A stretch of DNA of 64,000 bases from Gemmatimonadota bacterium (lineage in GTDB: Bacteria > Gemmatimonadota > Gemmatimonadetes > JACCXV01 > JAHWKZ01): assembly GCA_035513155.1 (NCBI GenBank), contig DATKCO010000022.1:18117-82116 (forward strand), written 5' to 3'. A model generated the notes under the pieces. That model ran no database searches and was not told the DNA's origin. It saw only the letters and a program-made list of their open reading frames with translations. Shown piece after piece: positions 25,270 through 32,652 of the stretch; within the stretch, counting starts at the first letter, position 1, and every line of letters starts with the position of its first letter. The translations under genes were made by a program, and so were the position numbers.

Positions 25270-25914
25270 TCAGCGGCCACCGAGGCGGTACGTCACGCCG
25301 GCCGAGACGCCGGCCAGGTGGATCGCACGGCGATCGCCGGTCGGAACCGAACCGTCCCCGATGTCCGCGCCCAGGCGTTCCTCCTGGAACACGACCCAGT
25401 CGGTGAACGTCACACGGGCTCCCCAGGGCGAATCGGGTACGCCGCTCCAGGCGACCCCCAGGGCGAGCGGCACGAGCCAGTCGGTCTCGGTCTCGTCCAC
25501 GCCCCGCACGTCCAGGCGGCTCGTGATCCCGCCGATCCCTACGGCTCCCACGAAGTCGAGTGCGCCCCCCGACGCGACCCGACGCTCGACGCGCACGTGG
25601 TAGAGGTAGCTCGTCACCTCCGTGTCCAGCCACGCGACTTCGAGGCCGCAGCCCAGGCCCCACTGCGGCGTAAGCTCCGCGAGAGCGATTCCTCCCGCCA
25701 GCAGCCGGGTTTCATCCAGGGGGTGGAGACCCTCGAGCGACTGCCGTCCCAGGACGCCGGTCGCGTGGAGGTCGATCTCCCAGGGCGGCCTGGAGCGCTC
25801 CTGGGCGACGGCCGGGACGGCGACAGCCAACGCCAGGAGGGCGACCGCTACCGATCCGATTCTGCCGGATTTGACGGATCTGATCCTACGCGTGCACGCG
25901 AGACTCCACTTCAC
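25270..25914 (-). CDS. Putative outer-membrane beta-barrel protein
   Basis: A GTG at 25914 gives the signal peptide ...GSVAVALLALAVAVPAVAQE. Alternating beta-strand pattern with a C-terminal ...GVSAGVTYRLGGR. Weak family assignment. Confidence 0.5.
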   Translation of the reverse strand: MKWSLACTRRIRSVKSGRIGSVAVALLALAVAVPAVAQERSRPPWEIDLHATGVLGRQSLEGLHPLDETRLLAGGIALAELTPQWGLGCGLEVAWLDTEVTSYLYHVRVERRVASGGALDFVGAVGIGGITSRLDVRGVDETETDWLVPLALGVAWSGVPDSPWGARVTFTDWVVFQEERLGADIGDGSVPTGDRRAIHLAGVSAGVTYRLGGR

Positions 25915-25979
25915 GAATCTAATTGTCACGGTCGGAGACTGGAAGCCTGGGCGAGTCGGGGGATCGCGACGGGATTGAC

Positions 25980-26852
25980 CTACCAGTCGTGGAACTTGTA
26001 CCCGAGGCAGCGGTGGACGAGGCGGGCGATGACGAAGTCGGGGGCGTGGAGGCCCTCGATCGGGGCCAGCTCCACGACGTCCATCCCGACCACGTTCTTC
26101 TCCTGGAACACGTAGCCGAGGAACCGCATCGTCTCGTGCCAGAACCCGCCCCCGGGCTCGGGGGTGCCGGTGGCGGGGACGAGCGCGGGGTCGAGGAAAT
26201 CCACGTCGAACGTGATATACACGGTGTCGGTCAGCGTGTTGAGGACCGTGTCCATCCATTCCTCGCCGTGCGCGATCCGATGGGACCAGAAGACCGGCAG
26301 ATCCTCGTCCTGGGCGAACTCCGCCTCCTCGACCGAGACCGCGCGGATCCCGACCGGCACCGCCGGCACTCCGAGCTCGAACACCCGGCGCATCACGCTC
26401 GCGTGGGACCAGGGCGTCCCCTCATAGCTCTCGCGCAGGTCGGCGTGGGCGTCGAGCTGGAGCACGGAGAGGTCCTCGAAGGCAGCCCGGGCGGCCCGCA
26501 CGGGCGCCGTCGTCAGCGAGTGCTCGCCGCCGAGGAACAGGGGGAACTTGCTGTCCCCGTAAAGCCGCGCAGCCACTTCCTCCAGCTCGGCGAGAAACAC
26601 GACCGGGTCGGAATGCGAGACGTCGACGGCGGGCGTCGTGTGGATCCCGCCCTTCCGGTACGGCTCCTCCCGGAGCACCTCGTCGTAGAGCTCCACGTAG
26701 CCCGAGGCCTCGAGGATCGCCGCCGGCCCCTTCCCCGTTCCCGCCCCGTACGACACCGTCGCCTCCCACGGCACCGGCACCACCACCCCGCGCGCGTCCT
26801 CGTACCGCGCGTCGGTATCCGAGAGCCCCAGGAAGTTCTTCGCTTCGGGCAT
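25980..26852 (-). CDS. speB: Agmatinase (arginase/ureohydrolase family)
   Basis: GGEHS, QLDAHADL, TFDVDFLDP and the C-terminal VELAP-type motif arrangement of ureohydrolases. Confidence 0.9.
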   Translation of the reverse strand: MPEAKNFLGLSDTDARYEDARGVVVPVPWEATVSYGAGTGKGPAAILEASGYVELYDEVLREEPYRKGGIHTTPAVDVSHSDPVVFLAELEEVAARLYGDSKFPLFLGGEHSLTTAPVRAARAAFEDLSVLQLDAHADLRESYEGTPWSHASVMRRVFELGVPAVPVGIRAVSVEEAEFAQDEDLPVFWSHRIAHGEEWMDTVLNTLTDTVYITFDVDFLDPALVPATGTPEPGGGFWHETMRFLGYVFQEKNVVGMDVVELAPIEGLHAPDFVIARLVHRCLGYKFHDW

Positions 26853-26877
26853 GCTAGACGACTCCCTCCCAACCGTG

Positions 26878-26999
26878 GAGGTCGATCAAAACGGGTCAGA
26901 TGCAAGGCGCGCGACGAGGGAGAGCCGAGGCGTACGACTCGTACGCCGCAGGCTCGCACGAGGAGCGCAACGCCGCAGATGGCCCGTTTTCATCGACCT
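26878..26999 (+). repeat. Copy B of the ~120-nt imperfect-palindrome repeat
   Basis: Arms GAGGTCGATCAAAACGGG / CCCGTTTTCATCGACCT. Blocks AAGGCGCGCGACG (26904-26916) and GAGGAGCGCAACG (26960-26972). Hairpin GGCGTAC-GACTC-GTACGCC (26929-26947). The right end overlaps the pdaD stop (26998-27000). Confidence 0.8.
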
Positions 27000-27546
27000 A
27001 GTCGATCAAAACCGCAGCCGCCACCACCGTCGTCCACAACCCACCCTTGTCCCCCACCGCCGACTGCGTGACGTTCCGGGTCGTCACGATCTCGTTGGAG
27101 ATCTTCCACTGCTCCTTGCGGGCGTCCCACGCGGCCTCGGGGTCGAAGTCGACGCCCATCGCCGTCGCCAGCATCTGGGCCGCCAGGTCCTCGGCGTAGT
27201 CGCCCGCGATCTTGTCGGTCTGGCCGTAGCCATGGTGCTCGGAGAGGTACCCGTAATGGTCCGGATCGCGCGGGATCGCCACGCCGATCGACGACGCGAT
27301 CAGCCGGTGCGGCTCGTTGGTCGCCGTCTCGGCGACCACGGTGAACAGCACCTGGCCGGCCCGCAGCTTCTTCACGCCCTCCTTGCCCGACACCATTCGG
27401 CACTGCGGCGGGAAGATGCTCGAGACCCGGACGATGTTGTACTCGGCGATCTTCGCGTCCCGAAGCGCGAGCTCGAACGACGCCAGCTTCTCGCGGTGAC
27501 GACCCACTCCGTGCGTCAGGAACATCTCCTTGGCGACGAATGGCAC
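26998..27546 (-). CDS. pdaD: Pyruvoyl-dependent arginine decarboxylase
   Basis: 182 aa. LTHGVG...[24 protein letters not shown] (self-cleavage serine context), typical PdaD length and motifs. Confidence 0.9.
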   Translation of the reverse strand: MPFVAKEMFLTHGVGRHREKLASFELALRDAKIAEYNIVRVSSIFPPQCRMVSGKEGVKKLRAGQVLFTVVAETATNEPHRLIASSIGVAIPRDPDHYGYLSEHHGYGQTDKIAGDYAEDLAAQMLATAMGVDFDPEAAWDARKEQWKISNEIVTTRNVTQSAVGDKGGLWTTVVAAAVLID

Positions 27547-27559
27547 CGGCCTCTCCTCC

Positions 27560-28588
27560 TCAGCTCTGGGGACTCTTCAGGCGGATCGACTCGTCGTCTC
27601 CGCCGGGCTCTCCGGGCGGGATCGCGCCGGGGACCTGCATGGACTCCAGCTCCTTCTGCATCAGGGACCGCTGCTCCTCCTCGTAGCGAGCGAACAGCGA
27701 GTCCAGCCGGGGATCGTTGGGCAGGGAGGGCTCCATCACGATCAGATCCCCCTCCACCCCGGCTACCTGCGCCGCCTCGTCGGGGCCGCCCGCGAACTCG
27801 AGCCGCGCCCGTCCCAGGAACCGGCCGAGGTCCCCGGCCGCCACGATCCACGTCCCCGGCGACGCCTCCTCCGGGGCGTTCAGGGTCTTGCCGCCGTGCC
27901 CCGAGACGATGAGGTCGATGCCCGGCACCATCTGCGCCAGCGCGCGGTCCCCCTTGTAGGAGAGATGGCTGAGCGCGACAACGAGGTCGACGTCCTGCCG
28001 CTCGAGCTCGGCCACGCCGCGCCGGGCGCTGGCGACGATGTCCTCCTCGACGACCACGCTGTCCCGCATGGCGGCGTTCAGCAGGATCGTGGGGTTGAAC
28101 AGCCCGATGAGGCCGATCCTCCGGCCGCCCTTCTCCACCACCAGCGTCTTGTTCCCGAGACCCTCGAGGCCGACGACGTCGTAGTTCGTGTGGACCCAGG
28201 CGATGGGATTGTCGGTCACGATCTCGCGCACGTAGGCGGGCCCCTGGTTGAGGTCCCACTCCCCGAGCGTGAACGCGTCGTACTCCATCAACCGCATGGC
28301 GTCGACCATCACGCGGCCCAGCGCCGCGCCGTAGGCGCTCTCGCCGCCCGTGAAGTCGCCCGCGTCGACGAGCAGGATCGGCACGTCCGACTCGCGCCGC
28401 AGCGAGTCCACCACCCAGGCACGCTTCGCGAGCCCGCCAGTCGAATCCGCGCGACAGCCGCAGTCGTCGAAGTACCCGTACCCGTCCGCCGTGTGGAGCA
28501 CCAGCAGCTCGTCCGCCGGCCCTCCGCCACACGCGAGCAGGGCGATGGTCAGGATCGGCGCCCCGACCCGTAGGGCGTTTCGAATCAT
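27560..28588 (-). CDS. Metallophosphoesterase/5'-nucleotidase-like lipoprotein with divergent catalytic motifs
   Basis: The ATG at 28588 is preceded by GAGGAGG. Lipobox [11 protein letters not shown]. Calcineurin-like layout ([24 protein letters not shown]), but GEWDL stands where GNHE/D is expected. Confidence 0.7.
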   Translation of the reverse strand: MIRNALRVGAPILTIALLACGGGPADELLVLHTADGYGYFDDCGCRADSTGGLAKRAWVVDSLRRESDVPILLVDAGDFTGGESAYGAALGRVMVDAMRLMEYDAFTLGEWDLNQGPAYVREIVTDNPIAWVHTNYDVVGLEGLGNKTLVVEKGGRRIGLIGLFNPTILLNAAMRDSVVVEEDIVASARRGVAELERQDVDLVVALSHLSYKGDRALAQMVPGIDLIVSGHGGKTLNAPEEASPGTWIVAAGDLGRFLGRARLEFAGGPDEAAQVAGVEGDLIVMEPSLPNDPRLDSLFARYEEEQRSLMQKELESMQVPGAIPPGEPGGDDESIRLKSPQS

Positions 28589-28655
28589 GCCCCTCCTCGG
28601 TTCATGTGGGTTCGAGCTTGAGGGGGCTCGAGCCCGACCCGGTCTTAAACGCACG

Positions 28656-28777
28656 AAGGTCGCTCAAAACGGCTCAGATTCAAGGCGCGCGACGACGGCC
28701 GAGCGAGGCGTACTGAAAGGTACGCCGCAGTGAGTGCCGAGGAGCGCAACGCCGAAGATGAGCCGTTTTCAGCGACC
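28656..28777 (+). repeat. Copy C of the ~120-nt imperfect-palindrome repeat
   Basis: Arms AGGTCGCTCAAAACGGCTCA / TGAGCCGTTTTCAGCGACC. Blocks at 28682-28694 and 28739-28751. Hairpin GGCGTAC-TGAAAG-GTACGCC (28707-28726). Ends 3 nt before the stop of the PorV-like gene (28780). Confidence 0.8.
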
Positions 28778-28779
28778 GC

Positions 28780-29787
28780 CTAAAACCGGAATCCGACCGC
28801 GAAGTGCGTCTCGTCACCCAGCTCCGACACCGAAACCTCCCGCGCGATGTCCGCCTCGAACCGGTCGTACCGGATCCCGATCCCGAACGAGCCGCCGGTC
28901 GCGCGGTCGGCCTCGCCCGAGTCCACATAGGGGTTGTCGATCATGACGATCCCGCCGCGCAGGACGAGCACCTCGTAGACCATGACCGTGGCGCCGCCGT
29001 GGAAGCTCGAGTTCGCGAGCTCGCGCAGGTCGCTCTCCGCGTCGAACGACAGGCCCACGTCGTATTCGGGCGGCAGGCCGAAGAAGCTCTCCGGCTTCGC
29101 TTCCACGCCCACCCGGACGCGGCTGGGCAGGTTGTCGCTGTCCCCGCCGCCGGAAGTGGCGTCGGTTTCGTCGTAGCTGAAGTCCCCGCCCAGGTTGCGC
29201 ATCGAGACGCCGAACGAGACCGGCACCGAGCCCGGGCGCGGGAGGTAGACGAGACCGATGTCGAACGCCGCGCCGCTGCCCGACGTCACGCCGAGATCGG
29301 AGTTGTACCATTTCGCCGTGACCCCGTACGACAGGCGGTCCCGCCAGTGGTTCGCCCAGGTGAGCCCCACCGCCCAGTCGCTGACCTCAGCCGTCCCCAC
29401 CACATCGGGCGACGTCTCGGTCAGCGGGATGTCCCCGTAGTCCTGGTAGATCAGCTGCGCGGCGAAGGTCCCGTAGGGAGAGACCACCGCGCCCGCCACG
29501 TAGTTGCCGTCGTATCCCGCGTCCTCCGCCCCCTCGATCCGGCTGAACGTGAGCGCGCCGCGCTCGAGGCCGTCGACGGTGGCCGGGTTGTACGGCATCG
29601 ACTGGAGCTCGCCTCGCGTCGCCACGACCGCGCGCCCCTGGCCGATGGCGCGCGCGCCGACCGGCAGCACCAGCCCGACGATCCCCCCGTCCGACGTGTT
29701 GCCGCTCGTCTGGGCGCGAGCGGAAGCTCCCGGCCAGGAGACCAGGGCGAGCAGGCAAAGCGCGGAGACGGCAAGGCGGCCGGGCAT
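28780..29787 (-). CDS. PorV/PorQ-like outer-membrane protein
   Basis: Signal peptide MPGRLAVSALCLLALVSWPGASARAQ. The LPVGARAIGQGRA...YNPA motif is typical of the PorV/PorQ (UPF0164-like) family. Beta-barrel ending in ...HFAVGFRF. An alternative ATG at 29832 would form an ATGA overlap with the upstream stop. Confidence 0.7.
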   Translation of the reverse strand: MPGRLAVSALCLLALVSWPGASARAQTSGNTSDGGIVGLVLPVGARAIGQGRAVVATRGELQSMPYNPATVDGLERGALTFSRIEGAEDAGYDGNYVAGAVVSPYGTFAAQLIYQDYGDIPLTETSPDVVGTAEVSDWAVGLTWANHWRDRLSYGVTAKWYNSDLGVTSGSGAAFDIGLVYLPRPGSVPVSFGVSMRNLGGDFSYDETDATSGGGDSDNLPSRVRVGVEAKPESFFGLPPEYDVGLSFDAESDLRELANSSFHGGATVMVYEVLVLRGGIVMIDNPYVDSGEADRATGGSFGIGIRYDRFEADIAREVSVSELGDETHFAVGFRF

Positions 29788-29828
29788 GAAGGCATGAATC
29801 TGCCCGGCGAAGAGGGACCCTGCAACCA

Positions 29829-31310
29829 TCATCGCAGCTTGAGCGCCCGCACCACGGACGTCCCCTGGGAGGTGGTCAGGCGGATCACGTAGACCCCGGA
29901 CGGGACCTCGCGACCGTTCAACGAGCGACCGTTCCAGGCCACCGTATAGGTGGCGGGCTCGCGGTGACCGGCGGCCAGCCTCGTCACGACCTGACCCATC
30001 GCGTCGAAGACCTGAAGGCTCACGTCGCCCCCCGCCACGATCGAATACTCGATCGTCGTCTCGTCGGTGAACGGGTTGGGGTAGTTCTGGAGGACGACGT
30101 TGAGGTTCCCGGGTCCGGGCTCCGCGGGTCCGGCCGGAAAGTCGAGCAACACCGGCAGGCCGGCGATCCGCTCGTCGTACGCTTCGCGCACGGCCCGCAC
30201 CGCGGCCACGAGGTCGGTCAGGAACGGCGCGTCGGCCGCGAGCTCGGGGCTCGAGGGGAGGAGCTGCTCGGGGACCTCGCCGACCGCTTCCGCCCACACC
30301 CAGGCCATCGCCGCGCGCGCGACCTCGTCCTGCGGCAGATCGGCGCCGCCCATGCCGATCAGGACCCGCAGGTCGAAGAACGGCGAGGCGAACGTGGGGA
30401 TGCGGATCCCCGTCAGGGCCTCGTACTGGCTGGAGTCGGTCTGCGGCACCGGCTGAACGCCCGGACGACCGTCCCCGCTGAGCTGGGTCATGTTGATCTC
30501 GGCGCCCGGGTTGTCGAGCGGCACCAGCGCCAGGAAGCCGGGCCGTCCGGTGAACGCCTCTTCCTCGAAGTCGAAGTCCCAGACCAGCAGGACCGGCTCG
30601 CCGTCGATCTCCAGCGGGGCCGCCGTGTCGTCGGTCGGCTCGCCGATGTCGGGATCCAGCACGAGACCGGTCCACATGTCGCGGATCGTGTATCCGGTCT
30701 CCCGGATCCGGCCGGAGATGTTCAGGATGTCCCACTGGAACACGACCGCCGTGTCGAGGTCCGGCTCGGTGAACGCGAACGATCGCTGCCGGACCTCGAC
30801 CCCGAGCGGGATCGAGGGCCGCGCGATCGGGCCCACGCTGAAGCGGTCGTCGAACACGGTGAACAGCTCCTGGGCCGCGATCGGCTCGTCGGGGAAGATC
30901 TCCTGATCGCTCGCCACGGTCGTGTCCAGCACGCGGAACCGGGGGTCGTTGGGACTCTGCCCCACCACGCCTTCGATGTACTCGTTCTCGCTGGTCGATT
31001 GGGGGTTGTAGCCGATCGTGGTGATCGTGTCGGGAACCCCGTTGGCGTCGACGTCGCCGATTCCGCCGATCCAGAGACCCGCACCGAACAGGTACCGGTT
31101 CGCGGTGCCGCGCGGGAAGTTGCCCGGCGGAGTCGTCTCGTTGAGCCGCAGGCCGTAGGAGCCGCGGTTGGTCACACGCAGGAATACGTCGTTTACGTCG
31201 TGGGCGGCCAGCGAAGCGACCGAGGGTGAGATCTCGCGCTGACCGAGCGCCGTGGCGGGCAAGGACGCGAGCGCGCCCAGGACGACGATCGAGACGGTCA
31301 GTCGTGGCAT
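29829..31310 (-). CDS. Secreted protein with a T9SS-type C-terminal sorting domain
   Basis: Signal peptide MPRLTVSIVVLGALASLPATALGQ. The C-terminal ~80 aa LQNYPNPFTDETTIEYSI...VSLQVFDAMGQVV...GVYVIRLTT...RALKLR matches the Por-secretion CTD pattern. The ATG at 31310 lies 13 nt inside the 3' end of fur. Confidence 0.75.
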   Translation of the reverse strand: MPRLTVSIVVLGALASLPATALGQREISPSVASLAAHDVNDVFLRVTNRGSYGLRLNETTPPGNFPRGTANRYLFGAGLWIGGIGDVDANGVPDTITTIGYNPQSTSENEYIEGVVGQSPNDPRFRVLDTTVASDQEIFPDEPIAAQELFTVFDDRFSVGPIARPSIPLGVEVRQRSFAFTEPDLDTAVVFQWDILNISGRIRETGYTIRDMWTGLVLDPDIGEPTDDTAAPLEIDGEPVLLVWDFDFEEEAFTGRPGFLALVPLDNPGAEINMTQLSGDGRPGVQPVPQTDSSQYEALTGIRIPTFASPFFDLRVLIGMGGADLPQDEVARAAMAWVWAEAVGEVPEQLLPSSPELAADAPFLTDLVAAVRAVREAYDERIAGLPVLLDFPAGPAEPGPGNLNVVLQNYPNPFTDETTIEYSIVAGGDVSLQVFDAMGQVVTRLAAGHREPATYTVAWNGRSLNGREVPSGVYVIRLTTSQGTSVVRALKLR

Positions 31311-31729
31311 TCTTCGCACAGCCCGTAGATCTCCAGCTTGTGTCGCGAGGGACGAAAGCGATGCAGCGCGGCGATCTCTCTCTCCAGCCGGTCGACCGCG
31401 TCGGACTCGAACTCGATCACCTTGCCGCACCGGGTGCAGACGAGATGCTCGTGGCGCGGGCGCGCGGGTCGAGCCTCGTAGCGCCGGAACCCTTCCCCGA
31501 AATCCTGCTCTCGGGTCAATCCCGCCTTCGACAGCAGGTCCAGCGTACGATAGATCGTGGCCTTGCCGATCGACTCCCCCCGGGCCTCCAGCGCCTCGCG
31601 GATCTCCTCCGCGGAGATGTGGCGGTGGGTGCCGAACAGCACCTCGGCGACCCGTAAACGCTGGGGCGTGACCGGATGGTTGTATGCGCGGAGATATTCC
31701 CGAAAGCGCTCGACGCCGTCGGGCGTCAC
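31298..31729 (-). CDS. fur: Fur family transcriptional regulator
   Basis: Winged helix (ISAEEIREALEARGESIGKATIYRTLDLL), HEHLVCTRCG and C-terminal GLCEEC metal-site cysteines. The GTG start forms a GTGA overlap with the upstream ORF's stop. Confidence 0.9.
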   Translation of the reverse strand: MTPDGVERFREYLRAYNHPVTPQRLRVAEVLFGTHRHISAEEIREALEARGESIGKATIYRTLDLLSKAGLTREQDFGEGFRRYEARPARPRHEHLVCTRCGKVIEFESDAVDRLEREIAALHRFRPSRHKLEIYGLCEECHD

Positions 31730-32169
31730 GGCCCGTCACCGGCGGGAGCCATGAGCTCCGCCAGGCGATCGAGCGATCCCTCTCGTCCCGCGCCCCCCGT
31801 CAGCGGCACCTCGCGATACAGCGCCCCTTCGACTCCGCAGCGGTCGATGAACTCGGACAGGATCTCGGGCAGGACCGCTTCGGGAAACCGCGCCCGCCGT
31901 ATGAAATCGTGGGCCGCGGCTCGCTCTCCTTCGGCACGGCCCCCGACGGCCACCATCTCCAGCCGATCGCCGCCCAGGCGCTTGGTGACCAGCGCCAGCG
32001 TGAACGAGACGTCCCGCCGCTCTACCGGCTCGAACACGTACGCGCGGTCGAGCGCCTCCCCTTCCTCCAGCCCCACGGCGGCCTCGAGCGCGGCCACGAG
32101 CGCGGCGCGGGCGGCCTCCGCGTCCGAGGGAAGCTCGGGCGCGGCCGGGCCGTCCCGGGGGTCGTCCAT
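31726..32169 (-). CDS. Hypothetical protein co-transcribed with fur
   Basis: Coding-like composition and translational coupling to fur. I recognise no family. ATG at 32169 (the track start, GTG at 32214, is an alternative). Confidence 0.5.
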   Translation of the reverse strand: MDDPRDGPAAPELPSDAEAARAALVAALEAAVGLEEGEALDRAYVFEPVERRDVSFTLALVTKRLGGDRLEMVAVGGRAEGERAAAHDFIRRARFPEAVLPEILSEFIDRCGVEGALYREVPLTGGAGREGSLDRLAELMAPAGDGP

Positions 32170-32174
32170 CCGGG

Positions 32175-32204
32175 TTGACACGGGCCGGGGGTCTCGTCTA
32201 CTCT
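32175..32204 (+). promoter_or_regulatory. Candidate promoter for the DUF4870-like gene
   Basis: TTGACA (32175-32180), 18 nt, TACTCT (32199-32204). Confidence 0.3.
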
Positions 32205-32222
32205 CCGCGCTCACCGCCGGCG

Positions 32223-32251
32223 AATCTCGCGGCGCGCATCTGCAGGGTCAA
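32223..32251 (-). promoter_or_regulatory. Candidate promoter for the hypothetical-fur-T9SS cargo operon
   Basis: Minus strand: TTGACC (32246-32251), 17 nt, GAGATT (32223-32228). Confidence 0.25.
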
Positions 32252-32286
32252 CCGCGGCCCCATCCCGAACGGACCCCCTCGTCGCC

Positions 32287-32628
32287 ATGTACGCCTCGCG
32301 AGCGGAAAGCCCGAATCGATCGATTGCCGCGGTCGCGTACCTGCTGGGGCCGGTGACCGCCGTCGCCTGCATCCTGCTCTACCGGGACGATGCCTACGTC
32401 CAGTTCCATGGCTGGCAGTCGCTGCTCCTGAGCGCGTTCGTGGCCGTCGCCGTGGCCGCGCTCGACCTCGTTCCCCTGCTCGGGCTGGGGCTGGTCTTCT
32501 TCCTGTTCGTGGGGGTCGTGCTGCTGACCGTCCTGCTCGTATGGCAGGCGTTCCGCGGCCGCTGGTTCCTGCTCCCGCTCCTCGGAGACGTCGCGCTGGA
32601 GCTGGCGAGCCGCCGCTGGCGGGGCTGA
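32287..32628 (+). CDS. DUF4870-like small membrane protein
   Basis: IAAVAYLLGPVTAVACILLYRDDAYVQFHGWQSLLLS is the characteristic N-terminal pattern. It is followed by two further TM helices. Confidence 0.7.
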   Translation: MYASRAESPNRSIAAVAYLLGPVTAVACILLYRDDAYVQFHGWQSLLLSAFVAVAVAALDLVPLLGLGLVFFLFVGVVLLTVLLVWQAFRGRWFLLPLLGDVALELASRRWRG

Positions 32629-32652
32629 GCCGTGGACCCTCCGGGGTCGGTC

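Noticed and set aside
28734-28946. Small ORFs running through the repeat copies (28734..28946 +, the starts of 18639..19556 + and 26851..27912 +, and 58959..61334 +), whose translations look similar (…RRAT…RGV…RNAE…).
   Set aside because: The similarity only reflects nucleotide conservation. Frames, starts and stops are not conserved between copies; copy C has an in-frame TGA at 28731. Downstream parts are antisense to real genes.
32170-32290. A search for a canonical Fur box upstream of the fur operon.
   Set aside because: No AT-rich GATAATGATAATCATTATC-like 19-mer or hexamer repeat is visible. The region is GC-rich. Regulation by Fur remains untested.
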